64,000 nt of DNA from Candidatus Latescibacterota bacterium (GTDB lineage Bacteria > Latescibacterota > UBA2968 > UBA8231), in NCBI GenBank assembly GCA_965203355.1, contig OZ241889.1, forward strand, positions 1,728,001 through 1,792,000, given 5' to 3'. Made by a program: the position numbers and the translations under genes. Of this stretch, positions 16,466-26,617 are shown piece by piece; within the stretch, counting starts at the first letter, position 1; each line of letters opens with the position of its first letter. The notes beneath the pieces are model-generated. The model did not search any database. It had not been told where the DNA came from and worked only from the letters and a program-made list of their open reading frames with translations.

Positions 16466-19400
16466 TTAGGCCCTAACGATGGCAATGGTGCTATCGTGGC
16501 CGTTGACTTGCCGATCCTGTTGCAAGAGTGCCTGTTGGGGCAGTTCTCCAGTGTGGAGGGCGTGCGCTAGGATCTCGGCGGCGATGTACGGGCCGTGCCG
16601 CTGAACCGCTTCTTCCAAGGCGGCCGTGCCTCGCACCCAGACGCGAATGCGGTCGGCGACATCCAGCCCGGCCTCTTTGCGCATGTTCTGCACGCGGTTG
16701 ACGAATTCGCGCGCCGTGCATTCGGCGATTAGCTCGTCGTCGAGTTGGAGGTCCAACCCCACCCCGAGGTTGTGGTCGAGGGCCGCCACCACGCCTTCTT
16801 TCTCGCGGCGCTGCACGACGATGTCGGCCAGCCCGATCTCGCCGCCGGCCACCGAGAGCCGGCCACCACTTTCGAGGTGGTGTATATCCTCAGCCGTTAA
16901 GGCTTGGATGCGGTCGGCGACGGCTGGCATCTGTTTGCCAAAGCGCGGCCCTAAAGCGCGGAAGTCGGGCCGGTAGGAGACCGCGCTGAATTCGGTCTCA
17001 TCCTCCACTAGCACCACCTCTTTGACGTTGAGTTCGTCGGCGAGCAGGTCGATCATCTGCTCCAGCCCGTGGTGGCTGGGTCCGTTGGGAGGTAGGAGCC
17101 AGAGATGTCGCAGTGGTTGGCGCACTTTGAGCTCGTGCTTGCTGCGCAGCGAGCGGCCCAAGACTACGGCCCGAGTCACCAGTTCCATTTGCTGCTCTAA
17201 GGCGGCGTCGCGCAGGTGCTCGTCGGCCTGCGGCATGTCGCATAGGTGAATGCTTTCGGGAGCGTCGGGATCCACGCGGCGCACCAAGTTCTGGTAGATG
17301 CTCTCGGTGATAAAGGGCAAGACCGGCGCGAGGGCTTTGATGAAGGTCACCATCACTCGATAGAGGGTGTCGTACGCGGCCTGCTTGTCTTGGTCGTCCT
17401 CGGACTTCCAGAAGCGGCGGCGGCTGCGGCGGATGTACCAGTTGGTCAGCTTCTCGATGAAGGCGACCATCGCCGGTACTGTGCGATAGAGCCGGTAGGC
17501 TTCCATTTCGGCGTTGAGGTCGTGGAGCAGGGTCTGCAACTCCGAGAGAATCCAGCGGTCGAGGCGATGGTCGAGCGTCTGCGCCCGGCTTGCCGCTGGC
17601 GTCCAATCGTCAAGGGTCGCGTAGGTGACGAAGAAGCTATAGGCATTCCACAAGGGGATGATGACATCGCGCAGGCTCTGCTTGATGCCCGCTTCGGTGA
17701 GGCGCATCTCCTCGGCCTTCATGGCCGGCGAGTTGAGCAGATAGAGGCGCAGGGCGTCGGCGCCGTAGGTCTCGAGCATCTCAGCCGGATCGGGATAGTT
17801 CTTCAAGCGCTTGCTCAGTTTGCGTCCGTCGGCCGCTAGCAGCATGCCGCCGACGATGCAGTTGTGAAAAGCTGGTTTGTCGAACAGCGCCGCCGCGAGG
17901 ATCGTCAAGGTGTGGAACCAGCCTCGGGTCTGATCGAGGTTCTCGGAGATGAAGTCGGCCGGGAAGGAGGCTTCAAAGTCTTCGCGCCGGCCAAAAGGGT
18001 AGTGGTTTTGCGCGTACGGCATAGACCCAGACTCGAACCAGCAGTCGAGGACTTCGGGTACGCGCCGCAGCGATCCGTTCCCGGATGGGGCCGGAATTTC
18101 GAGGTCGTCGATAAAGTGCTTGTGCAGGTCGTTCACCTCGCGTCCGGTGAGCTCGCACAACTCTTGGCGGCTGCCAACGCACACGGCTTCGCCCGTTTCC
18201 TCGTTGCGCCAGATCGGCAGGGGGGTGCCCCAGTAGCGGTTGCGGCTGACGGCCCAGTCCGGGGCCGACTCGATGCCCTTGCCAAAGCGCCCATCGCGGA
18301 TGTGCTCGGGAATCCACCAGATCTGCTGATTGGCGGCGAGCATCTTTTCCTTTACCTCCCCTTCGATCTGGACGAACCAAGTGGAGATCGTGCGGTAGAT
18401 GAGGGGCGAGTCGCAGCGCCAGCAGAATGGGTACGCATGCTCGATGGAACCCTCGGAGAATAGCTGGCCCGAGGCGCGCAAGCGGCGGATTATCGGCGTA
18501 TCGGCGTCCTTTACGAAAGTGCCCGCAAAGTCTGGGAGCTCGTCGGTGAAGCAACAGTCGGCGTCGATGGGGCAGACCACGGGCAAGCCCTCGGCGAGGC
18601 CGAGTTGATAGTCGTCTTCGCCAAACCCCGGGGCAATGTGGACGATGCCGGTGCCGTCGTCAGTAGATACAAAGTCGGCTGTTACCACGCGGAAAGCGCC
18701 TTCTTCAGCGCGGTCGGCGAAGGAGTCGAACAGGGGCTCGTAGCGCAACCCGACGAGGTCTTCGGTGGCGATCGGCGTTATCTCGGCGATTTCGCTGTCG
18801 TGCCGGCGGAAGAGGCCTTCGACGAGGGAAGCCGCGAGAATCAGTTGCTCTCCGTCTGCGGTGGTGACGCATACGTAGTCAATGTCGCGACCGATGGCCA
18901 AGCCCATGTTAGAGGGCAGCGTCCACGGGGTCGTCGTCCAAGCGAGTAGGGACAGGCCCTGCTTGCCAGCGACGCGGAAGCGCACTGTGATCGACGGGTC
19001 CTGCGTGGCTTGATAACCTTGATTGACCTCGAAGTTCGACAGCGGAGTGGAGCAGCGGGGACAATAGGCGAGGGATTTGTAGCCTTCATAGACAAGCCCC
19101 TGGTCCCACAGCGACTTGAACACCCACCACACGGATTCCATGAAATCGGGGTCCATCGTCCGATACTGGTGGTCCCAGTCAACCCAGCGTCCCAGCCGCT
19201 CGATCAGCTTCTGCCACTCGGCCGTGTAGCGCAGCACCAAGTCGCGGCAGGCTTCGTTGAACTGAGACACGCCGTAGGCGAGAATGTCGCGGCGCGATTG
19301 GAGCCCTAGCTGCTGCTCGGTTTCGTTTTCGACGGGCAGGCCGTGGCAATCCCAGCCCCAGCGGCGCTCAACCCGGTAGCCGCGCATCGTCCAGTAGCGG

Positions 19401-19627
19401 GGCACCACGTCCTTGGTGATGGACGCTAGTAGGTGTCCGTAGTGCGGCCGGCCGGTCGCAAAGGGCGGCCCGTCGTAGAACCGAAAGGGGCGCTCGACCG
19501 AGCGGGCATCAACGGATTTTCGATACAGATCGCCATGGCGCCAGAACTCGAGGATCGTGCGCTCCTGAGCGGAAAAGTCCACTTGGGACGGAACTGGGGC
19601 AAAAGGGGTTTGGGGTGCCATGCTCAT
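16466..19627 (-). CDS. ileS: Isoleucine--tRNA ligase, type 2
   Basis: DGPPFATGRPHYGH, GWDCHGLPVE, DCWFESGSMP, KLSKR. Confidence 0.97.
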   Translation of the reverse strand: MSMAPQTPFAPVPSQVDFSAQERTILEFWRHGDLYRKSVDARSVERPFRFYDGPPFATGRPHYGHLLASITKDVVPRYWTMRGYRVERRWGWDCHGLPVENETEQQLGLQSRRDILAYGVSQFNEACRDLVLRYTAEWQKLIERLGRWVDWDHQYRTMDPDFMESVWWVFKSLWDQGLVYEGYKSLAYCPRCSTPLSNFEVNQGYQATQDPSITVRFRVAGKQGLSLLAWTTTPWTLPSNMGLAIGRDIDYVCVTTADGEQLILAASLVEGLFRRHDSEIAEITPIATEDLVGLRYEPLFDSFADRAEEGAFRVVTADFVSTDDGTGIVHIAPGFGEDDYQLGLAEGLPVVCPIDADCCFTDELPDFAGTFVKDADTPIIRRLRASGQLFSEGSIEHAYPFCWRCDSPLIYRTISTWFVQIEGEVKEKMLAANQQIWWIPEHIRDGRFGKGIESAPDWAVSRNRYWGTPLPIWRNEETGEAVCVGSRQELCELTGREVNDLHKHFIDDLEIPAPSGNGSLRRVPEVLDCWFESGSMPYAQNHYPFGRREDFEASFPADFISENLDQTRGWFHTLTILAAALFDKPAFHNCIVGGMLLAADGRKLSKRLKNYPDPAEMLETYGADALRLYLLNSPAMKAEEMRLTEAGIKQSLRDVIIPLWNAYSFFVTYATLDDWTPAASRAQTLDHRLDRWILSELQTLLHDLNAEMEAYRLYRTVPAMVAFIEKLTNWYIRRSRRRFWKSEDDQDKQAAYDTLYRVMVTFIKALAPVLPFITESIYQNLVRRVDPDAPESIHLCDMPQADEHLRDAALEQQMELVTRAVVLGRSLRSKHELKVRQPLRHLWLLPPNGPSHHGLEQMIDLLADELNVKEVVLVEDETEFSAVSYRPDFRALGPRFGKQMPAVADRIQALTAEDIHHLESGGRLSVAGGEIGLADIVVQRREKEGVVAALDHNLGVGLDLQLDDELIAECTAREFVNRVQNMRKEAGLDVADRIRVWVRGTAALEEAVQRHGPYIAAEILAHALHTGELPQQALLQQDRQVNGHDSTIAIVRA

Positions 19628-19911
19628 TCCGCTCCGATATTGTTGAGGAAAACCACGAAGAGCTTGAGCAGAAAAAACAGGACTATCGGCGTAAAGTCTA
19701 TGCCAGTTGACCAGAAAAACCTCGGCAAGAAAGAGCGCACTGTATCGAGGGCCGGATCGGTGACGCCGCGCAGGAATTGGACGAGCGGATTGTGGGGACT
19801 GGGATTAAACCACGAGATCAGCACCCGGATGAGGACCACATAGCTATAGATCGTGATGAGACCAATGATGAGGCCCTTGACGTCTGCAAAAAAACCGCCG
19901 AAATCGAACAC
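19624..19911 (-). CDS. yggT: YggT family membrane protein
   Basis: RVLISWFNPSPHNP...TDP...GIDFTPIV; GTG start after caggag. Confidence 0.85.
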   Translation of the reverse strand: MFDFGGFFADVKGLIIGLITIYSYVVLIRVLISWFNPSPHNPLVQFLRGVTDPALDTVRSFLPRFFWSTGIDFTPIVLFFLLKLFVVFLNNIGAE

Positions 19912-19927
19912 GATTGTCTCCTGTGTA

Positions 19928-20620
19928 TCAGGTCGGCCGCGGGCCGAAAATGGCCGTGCCGAGGCGCAACAGATTGGCCCCTTCGGCGATGGCGAGTTCA
20001 AAGTCGCCGCTCATGCCCATGGATAGATAGTCCATAGACGCGCCCGCAAATTCGCACTCGGCGACTTTTTCGCCCAGCTCGCGCAAGGTCCGAAAGCAGC
20101 CCCGCACGGCGGCTTCGTCCGCGCAGTGGGCGGCAATGGTCATCAGGCCGCGAATCCGCAAGTGCGGCAGCGGCGCGAGGGCTGCGACTAGATCGACGAG
20201 CTGGGCGGGAGCCACTCCGCCTTGGCGCAAGCGGCCGGCCGTGTTGACCTGCAAGAGCACCTCAAGAGTGCGCCCGGCCTGCTCGGCCCGGCGGCTTAGC
20301 ACCTGCGCTAACCGGGCGGAATCAACCGACTGCACGAGGTCGAAAAGCTCGACAGCCCGCCCGGCTTTATTCGTCTGCAAGTGGCCGACAAAGTGCCAAG
20401 CGAGGGGCACGGCGACCTGCGGGCGCTTAGCCGCTGCTTCTTGGATGCGGTTTTCGCCTACGAGGCGCAAGCCGCAGGCGTAAGCCGCCTCAATTTCGCG
20501 GACGCTGCGCGTTTTGCTGACGGCGACGACCTCAATTGCGCTTGCTGTGCGCCCGCTGCGCTCGGAAGCGCGCTCAATGCGGGTGCGCAGCGATTCCCAG
20601 TTGTCGCGGATGTAATCCAT
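19928..20620 (-). CDS. yggS: PLP homeostasis protein YggS
   Basis: VAVSKT, GENRIQE, WHFVGHLQTNK, LSMGMSGDF. Confidence 0.95.
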   Translation of the reverse strand: MDYIRDNWESLRTRIERASERSGRTASAIEVVAVSKTRSVREIEAAYACGLRLVGENRIQEAAAKRPQVAVPLAWHFVGHLQTNKAGRAVELFDLVQSVDSARLAQVLSRRAEQAGRTLEVLLQVNTAGRLRQGGVAPAQLVDLVAALAPLPHLRIRGLMTIAAHCADEAAVRGCFRTLRELGEKVAECEFAGASMDYLSMGMSGDFELAIAEGANLLRLGTAIFGPRPT

Positions 20621-20686
20621 ACAAAATGTCTAAACCGCTAAAGATACGAATCAGCCTAGCTGGACACAAACCAAGAGCGGCTCGGC

Positions 20687-21883
20687 TCAGGCCGCCGCGC
20701 CTTCTGCTGAGGGGCGGGCCTTTTCCGCGGGGACCAGGCTCGCATCTACGATCAATGACAAGGAGGAAAAAAGCAGGGTTGAAACGAGAATGTCCAAGAG
20801 CACGGCCTGCGCCAATAGCCCCTCGGCCCCTACGTAGGGGGCCAGCCCGTGCGGGCCGCAGAACAACTCGAACAGCAACGCGCCGCGCGGCAGGAGCCGC
20901 CAGCCAATGTGCCGCCCTAAATGAGGGTACGCCATGGGAGCCAGTCCCCGCAAAAGCAGCGGCACGGCCACTAAGACGAGCGCGGCCTCGTACAGCCCGT
21001 CCGCCGGTGGCCACAGGGCGCCGGGATCGAGCGCGGTCCCCAAGAGCGCGAAAAAGAGCATAAAGGCCACGGGCGCACCCCGGTGTAGTAGCAACCGCAC
21101 ACGGCGGCTTTGCTGCTTGTCCTGTACGAGTCCTGCCACTAACCCGCAGGGCAAGGCCATCAGCCCGAGGGTGTCTAGCGCGAGTGCTGTAAGGAAAAAA
21201 GCCCCGCCTAGGCTGGATACTAGGGTCGCGCTTGGCGTGGTGAGCCGCCTTAAAAGGCGCAGTGCCAGCCCCAGTCCGCCGCCCGCTACAAGCGAAAGGC
21301 CGACGCGCCCGACCCATCCCGAGGCGCCAATTTCCAGCAGAACCAATGCTCCACCCAACGCCCCGAGGGCGCAGCCCGTCCCTAGCACGGCCAGTACTAG
21401 CGCCCCTCGCCGACCAAATTCGGGCACCCCGGTGAAAGGCCCCCACAAGCCGGCCAGTGCGCCGAGGAGTACGGCTTGCTCCCAAGGCAGTCCGAGCAAG
21501 CCAGTGGCCGCGGTCACCGCGGCAAAGACCAGCGCGGTCACCACCGCTACCAACCCAAGCGTGCGCCAAGTGTGCGTTGGCCATATTACGTGTAGCCCTA
21601 CTTGGAACCCGACCCCGAGGCCTGCCGTGAGCAAGAGCAATTGGTGTAGGGAGAATGCGTCTAGATCGACGAGTTGCAAGCCGCCGGTGCCCAGCAACAT
21701 CCCGGCCCCAATCCATCCCACCAGTGCTGGTAGGCGGATCGCCTGCGCCAGTTGGCCGCCAGCCGCAGCCAAGAGGGCCAGCGCACCCAGCATCCACGCG
21801 GCGTCAAAGGGGCTGGAGCGATCCTGCGGCGGTCCGTAGTAGATCAACAGCAGGACAAAGGCAGCTACTACTATCGTTTTCAT
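20687..21883 (-). CDS. Multi-pass membrane protein, divergent cation:proton antiporter-like
   Basis: Many hydrophobic segments; RLPALVGWIGAGMLLG and FFALLGTALD resemble CPA2 motifs. Confidence 0.6.
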   Translation of the reverse strand: MKTIVVAAFVLLLIYYGPPQDRSSPFDAAWMLGALALLAAAGGQLAQAIRLPALVGWIGAGMLLGTGGLQLVDLDAFSLHQLLLLTAGLGVGFQVGLHVIWPTHTWRTLGLVAVVTALVFAAVTAATGLLGLPWEQAVLLGALAGLWGPFTGVPEFGRRGALVLAVLGTGCALGALGGALVLLEIGASGWVGRVGLSLVAGGGLGLALRLLRRLTTPSATLVSSLGGAFFLTALALDTLGLMALPCGLVAGLVQDKQQSRRVRLLLHRGAPVAFMLFFALLGTALDPGALWPPADGLYEAALVLVAVPLLLRGLAPMAYPHLGRHIGWRLLPRGALLFELFCGPHGLAPYVGAEGLLAQAVLLDILVSTLLFSSLSLIVDASLVPAEKARPSAEGAAA

Positions 21884-21917
21884 GGCGAGAGGCGGTCCCG
21901 CCCGCAATCGGCTGGCT

Positions 21918-24440
21918 TTAGTCGGATCCTTTGGCGGCGGCCCGTTGTTGGCCTAGATAGAGCACCGGGCTGGCGACGAATATAGACGAATAGGTGCCGA
22001 CCACGACGCCGATCATCAAAGTGATGGTAAAGTCGCGGTTGACCTCGCCGCCAAAGATCATCAGCACCAGCACGGCCAAGAGCGTTGTCGCCGAGGTGAT
22101 CAGCGTGCGGCTCAGACACTCGTTGATGCTCTGGTTGACCGTGCCGTCAAAGCCCTGTCGGCGGGCTGTGTGCAGGTTTTCGCGGATGCGGTCGAAGACC
22201 ACGATCGTGTCGTTGAGCGAGTAGCCGACAATGGCCAGCAGCGCGGCGACCACCGCGAGGGTAATCTCAATGTTGAAAAGCGAGAGCAGCCCGAGGGTGA
22301 TGAGCACGTCGTGGAAGAGCGCGGCGACCGCGGCGATGCCGTAGAGGAAGCGGTGGAAGCGCCAAGCCATGTAGATCAAGATCAGGGCCAGGGCCACCAA
22401 CACCGCCCGCACGGCTGCGCTGCTTAGTTCGCTGCCGATTTTGGGGCCGACCTTTTCTTGGCGGCGAATCCACTCCATTTCTTGGATATTGTCGACGAAG
22501 CCGGCCTTGAGCACCCCCATGATGCCATCGGCCACCTCAGTGCCTGCCCCGCTCTCGCTGACGCGGATGAGGATGTCGTGTTCCGAGCCGAACTGCTTGA
22601 TCTCGCTCTTGCTCAGGTCGATTTCGGCATCGCCCACGGGGACGCGACCGAGCTGGCTGCGGATGTCCTCGACTTGGACGGCTGGATCGAAGTGCAACTC
22701 CAGCAAGGTGCCGCCGGCAAAGTCAATGCCCTTGCGAATGCCATTGACGCCCAAGATGGAGACGATGCCGATGAGCAGCACGGCCGCCGAGGCACCAAAG
22801 CCAATGTTGCGCAGCGAAAGGAAGCGGATGTTCAGCTTGGCGAAGAGCGCGACCGGCCCAATGCTCAAGCTCGATTGGTCCGCCCTCCGGGTGATTAGTT
22901 CGAAGATCGTGCGGGTAACAAAGAAGGCCGTAAAGAGGCTGGAGATGATGCCGATGCACAAGGTCAAAGCAAAGCCGCGGATCGGCCCGGTGCCGAACTG
23001 ATAGAGCACGATGCCCACTAGGAACGTGGTTACGTTGGCGTCGATGATGGCCGAGAGCGCGTGGCCATAGCCGGAATTAATGGCCGCACGCACGGTTTTG
23101 CCCGTGCGTAGCTCTTCGCGGATGCGCTCAAAGATCAGCACATTGGCGTCGACGGCCATGCCGATGGTCAGGATGATGCCGGCGATGCCGGGCAAGGTCA
23201 GGGTGGCGTGAAAACCGGCCAGCACCGCCATGATGAAAAGCATGTTGAGCAGCAGAGCGCAGTCGGCGATCAGCCCGGCCGCTCGGTAGTAGAGGACCAT
23301 GAAGATCGCGATTAGCACCATGCTGTAGATGGCTGCGGCCTTGCCTTGCTCGATGGAGTCGCGGCCCAGCGAGGGGCCGACCGTGCGATCTTCGATGATC
23401 TCGACCTCGGCTGGTAGCGCGCCCGCCCGCAGCACGATAGCGAGGTCTTTGGCCTCTTCTTGGGTGCCGCTGCCGGTGATGCGGCCGCGTCCTTCGCTGA
23501 TTTTGTTTTGGATGACCGGGGCCGAGTACGCGGATTCGTCGAGGACGATGGCCATGCGCTCGCCGATGTGCGACCCGGTGATGCGGCTGAAGAGTCGCAC
23601 GCCTTCGTCGGTGGTCGAGAAATTGACGATGGGCTGGCCCATGTACTCCACTACTTGGCCGATAGAGACGAAGGCGTCCTGAATCATGTGTCCGGTCATC
23701 TCTGGCTTCTTGCGCACCAAATAGAGGAAGTAGAACGCATTGCCCTCGGCCCCAGTGGGCTTACTCGAAAAGATGAATTCCACGTCTGCTGGGATGAGTT
23801 CTTGAGCGGCTGGGGTGTTGAGCAAGTTCTTGACGCGCTGCAAATCGCGGACCGAGACCGCGAGGTCTTCGCCAGCGGGGCTGAGCATGGCGGAGAGCGG
23901 GGCGCTTTCTGGTGGGGAGGAAAAGAGGAGATCTTCTTCTTCGTCTGTTTCCTCTTCTTTCGGAGCCAGCACTTGGTCGATGCGCTGGATTAGGCGAGTG
24001 CGTTCTTCGGCGGGTTCGAGGAGTTGGAATTCGAGCAGCGCGGTTTGGCCTACTAGATCCTTGGCGCGCTGCACGTCTTGGACGCCGGGCAACTCGATGA
24101 TGATGCGGTTGTCTCCTTGGCGCTGGATAGTCGGCTCGGCCACGCCAAACTGATCGATGCGATTGCGAATGACTTCTTGGGCCTGAGCGACCGCGTCTTG
24201 GGCTTCTTGCTGCTCCATTCCCTCGGTCTTGACCTCTAGGACGAGGTGAATGCCGCCCTGTAAATCCAGTCCCAAATTGAGTGTGCGCTTTTTCAGATCG
24301 ACGAGTTGCCCGGGCGATTTTAGCTCCATAGCCTCTCGCTCTTCGTCCGCCATGCTGTAAAATTTCACGCTTGGCCACAAGTAGTACGCGGCCGCGGCGA
24401 TCAGTGCCAAGATCAGCACGAGTTTCCGATTGCGTTTCAT
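21918..24440 (-). CDS. secDF: Fused protein translocase subunit SecDF
   Basis: LGLDLQGG, NRIDQFGVAEP, GMAVDANVLIFERIREE, GIDFAGG, GYSLNDTIVVFDRIREN. Confidence 0.97.
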   Translation of the reverse strand: MKRNRKLVLILALIAAAAYYLWPSVKFYSMADEEREAMELKSPGQLVDLKKRTLNLGLDLQGGIHLVLEVKTEGMEQQEAQDAVAQAQEVIRNRIDQFGVAEPTIQRQGDNRIIIELPGVQDVQRAKDLVGQTALLEFQLLEPAEERTRLIQRIDQVLAPKEEETDEEEDLLFSSPPESAPLSAMLSPAGEDLAVSVRDLQRVKNLLNTPAAQELIPADVEFIFSSKPTGAEGNAFYFLYLVRKKPEMTGHMIQDAFVSIGQVVEYMGQPIVNFSTTDEGVRLFSRITGSHIGERMAIVLDESAYSAPVIQNKISEGRGRITGSGTQEEAKDLAIVLRAGALPAEVEIIEDRTVGPSLGRDSIEQGKAAAIYSMVLIAIFMVLYYRAAGLIADCALLLNMLFIMAVLAGFHATLTLPGIAGIILTIGMAVDANVLIFERIREELRTGKTVRAAINSGYGHALSAIIDANVTTFLVGIVLYQFGTGPIRGFALTLCIGIISSLFTAFFVTRTIFELITRRADQSSLSIGPVALFAKLNIRFLSLRNIGFGASAAVLLIGIVSILGVNGIRKGIDFAGGTLLELHFDPAVQVEDIRSQLGRVPVGDAEIDLSKSEIKQFGSEHDILIRVSESGAGTEVADGIMGVLKAGFVDNIQEMEWIRRQEKVGPKIGSELSSAAVRAVLVALALILIYMAWRFHRFLYGIAAVAALFHDVLITLGLLSLFNIEITLAVVAALLAIVGYSLNDTIVVFDRIRENLHTARRQGFDGTVNQSINECLSRTLITSATTLLAVLVLMIFGGEVNRDFTITLMIGVVVGTYSSIFVASPVLYLGQQRAAAKGSD

Positions 24441-24458
24441 AAATTGGTCTTTACTCCG

Positions 24459-25496
24459 CTAGTGCCGAGCACAGCCCGGCGAAGGTTTGTTGCTATTGCA
24501 AAAGCGAAAGCGGTCGCGCAGCCCGGTTGACGCCCGGTGCATGAGCTGCCCGTCTCGCGCAAAGAAAATAAGGCCCTCGACATCCGTTAGACCCTCGACG
24601 AGTGCCAGCCCTCGCTCAGGCCCTAAGACGAAGACCGCGGTCGACAGAATATCGGCGTCGAGGGCGGTCGCGGTCCACACGGTGGCACTGATGCTCGCCC
24701 GCGCAGGATAGCCGGTCTTGGGGTCGAGCAGATGGTGATAGCGCGTGCCCTCCCAGTCAAAGTACTGCTCGTAGTCGCCGGAGGTCGCGATCGCCGCGAG
24801 CCCGAGATCGGCTACTGCTAGGTATTGCGCTGGGTCGCGTGGGTGCTGCACGCCAAAGAGCCACGCCCGCCCGTCCGGCTTTTCGCCCCAATAGCGAATG
24901 TCGCCCCCGGCCTCAATCACCCCAGCTTCCACTTGCAACTCCTGCATCGCCGCCACGGCTTGATCGACCGCGTAGCCTTTGGCGGCTGCTCCCAGATCCA
25001 ACCGAAGCCCCGGCTTGTTGATCCGCAACGAATGGGCCGCCACTTCTAACCCTTCGTAGCCCACCAGCGTCAGGGCCGAATCAATCTGCGCTGGCGCGGG
25101 CGGTGCTACCGCAGCGGGGAAGTTCCACAGACTCGTCAAGGCTCCCACCGTGCAGTCAAAAGCTCCATCGGTCAAGGCGGCGAAGTGCTGGCTGCGCGTC
25201 AAGACCGCAAGCAGCCCGGCCGGGCCGGGTGTTGGGGCGCGTCGCGCTTGCTGTTCTAGCCGCCGCAAGGCTCCATCCTCGCGGTAGTGACTCATCGCCG
25301 AATCGACGCGGGCGATCTCGGCGTACGCCGCCTCTAGGTGTGGGCGAACCACGGCTTCGTCGCCGTAGAGTTTGACCGTGACGAGTGTGCCCAACAAGAG
25401 GCGGTCGGTGCGCACCGGCGCGGCGGGCCGGGGCGACGGCAGAAAGTACAGGACCACGGCCAAACCGCCGATGGCCAGCAGGCTGCGCTTGAGCAT
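24459..25496 (-). CDS. apbE: FAD:protein FMN transferase (ApbE)
   Basis: DLGAAAKGYAVD, ATSGDYE, YHHLLDPKTGYP, ADILSTA. Confidence 0.93.
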   Translation of the reverse strand: MLKRSLLAIGGLAVVLYFLPSPRPAAPVRTDRLLLGTLVTVKLYGDEAVVRPHLEAAYAEIARVDSAMSHYREDGALRRLEQQARRAPTPGPAGLLAVLTRSQHFAALTDGAFDCTVGALTSLWNFPAAVAPPAPAQIDSALTLVGYEGLEVAAHSLRINKPGLRLDLGAAAKGYAVDQAVAAMQELQVEAGVIEAGGDIRYWGEKPDGRAWLFGVQHPRDPAQYLAVADLGLAAIATSGDYEQYFDWEGTRYHHLLDPKTGYPARASISATVWTATALDADILSTAVFVLGPERGLALVEGLTDVEGLIFFARDGQLMHRASTGLRDRFRFCNSNKPSPGCARH

Positions 25497-25508
25497 GAGC
25501 TAGTCGCG

Positions 25509-26477
25509 TCAATTGCTGCGTTCGACGACGAGTTGGACGGCTTGTTCTAGCGCGACTCGGGCCGGGGAAGGGGCCAGAACTTTTAGACATTGCTGAGCTT
25601 GGGCGGCGTATTCGCGTGCGGTCTCGGTGGCGGCGGCGACTCCTCGGTGTTCTTCGACAAAGGCTACGATCTGCGCCCATTCGGCTTCGTCTTTGTCGGG
25701 CCGGGCCAAAAGGGCTTCCATCTCGGACCGAGCCGCTAAAGGGGCTTGCTGTAAGGCGCGTATCAATGGCAAGGTGATCTTGCCTTCGCGCAGGTCGTGC
25801 CCGACGGGCTTGCCCATGGTCGCCTGATCGCTGGTGAGGTCGAGGATGTCGTCGGCGACTTGGAAGGCGCGGCCCAGCGATTCTCCGTAGCGGCCCATGG
25901 ATTGCGCGATCTCGTCTGATGCGCCGGCGAGAATCGCGCCAATCCGCGTGGCGGCCGAGATCAGGGAAGCCGTTTTGTCGCTGACCATGGCAAAGTACGA
26001 CTCTTCACACGTATCGCGCTGAGTGCCGATCTGGATTTCAAAAATTTCGCCGATGCTCAGCCGCTCGGTGGCGTACGCGACGGCGCTCAGGACCGGCAAA
26101 TTGCCAATCTCGATCAGCAGACGCAGGGCGCGTGCGAGCAGAAAGTCGCCCATGAGCACGGCGATCTGCCCGGTCCAGCGCTCGTTGACCGTCTCGCGGC
26201 CCCGGCGCACGGTGGCTGAATCCACTACGTCGTCGTGGACCATGGTGGCGGCGTGAATCATTTCGACGGCTACAGCCGTGTCGATTAGCTGTTCGTTCCA
26301 GCGGCCAGACGCTTTAGCCACGAGCAGGATGAGGGCCGGCCGGAGGCGTTTGCCCTTGAGGGTGGCCATGTAGCGGGCAATGACGTGGACCAGCTCGACG
26401 TCGGCGTTGAGTTCGGCGTTGAGCCGCTTTTCAAACCGGGCCAGTTCTTGATCGATAAGACCTATGCAGGGATCCAT
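25509..26477 (-). CDS. Polyprenyl diphosphate synthase
   Basis: GKRLRP, HDDVVD...RRG, FQVADDILD, DLREGKITLP. Confidence 0.93.
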   Translation of the reverse strand: MDPCIGLIDQELARFEKRLNAELNADVELVHVIARYMATLKGKRLRPALILLVAKASGRWNEQLIDTAVAVEMIHAATMVHDDVVDSATVRRGRETVNERWTGQIAVLMGDFLLARALRLLIEIGNLPVLSAVAYATERLSIGEIFEIQIGTQRDTCEESYFAMVSDKTASLISAATRIGAILAGASDEIAQSMGRYGESLGRAFQVADDILDLTSDQATMGKPVGHDLREGKITLPLIRALQQAPLAARSEMEALLARPDKDEAEWAQIVAFVEEHRGVAAATETAREYAAQAQQCLKVLAPSPARVALEQAVQLVVERSN

Positions 26478-26526
26478 AAGAAAGGCATCTGCCGAGATTA
26501 AATCACCAGATAAATAGAAAATTTAG

Positions 26527-26555
26527 AAGCTAAGTATTGAAAATATGCCTGTCAA
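26527..26555 (-). promoter_or_regulatory. Sigma70 promoter for the prenyl synthase-apbE-secDF run
   Basis: TTGACA-17 nt-TAGCTT on the minus strand in an AT-rich divergent intergenic region. Confidence 0.6.
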
Positions 26556-26617
26556 TCTATGCACGGCGTGCTGGCTGAGTTATACTTGTCGCTTCATTGC
26601 AACACGGGGAGACCGCT

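Noticed and set aside
20574-21839. Long alternative-frame ORFs over the antiporter-like gene, and similar shadow ORFs throughout
   Set aside because: Arg/Ala/Pro-rich off-frame or antisense ORFs expected in high-GC DNA, overlapping better-supported genes
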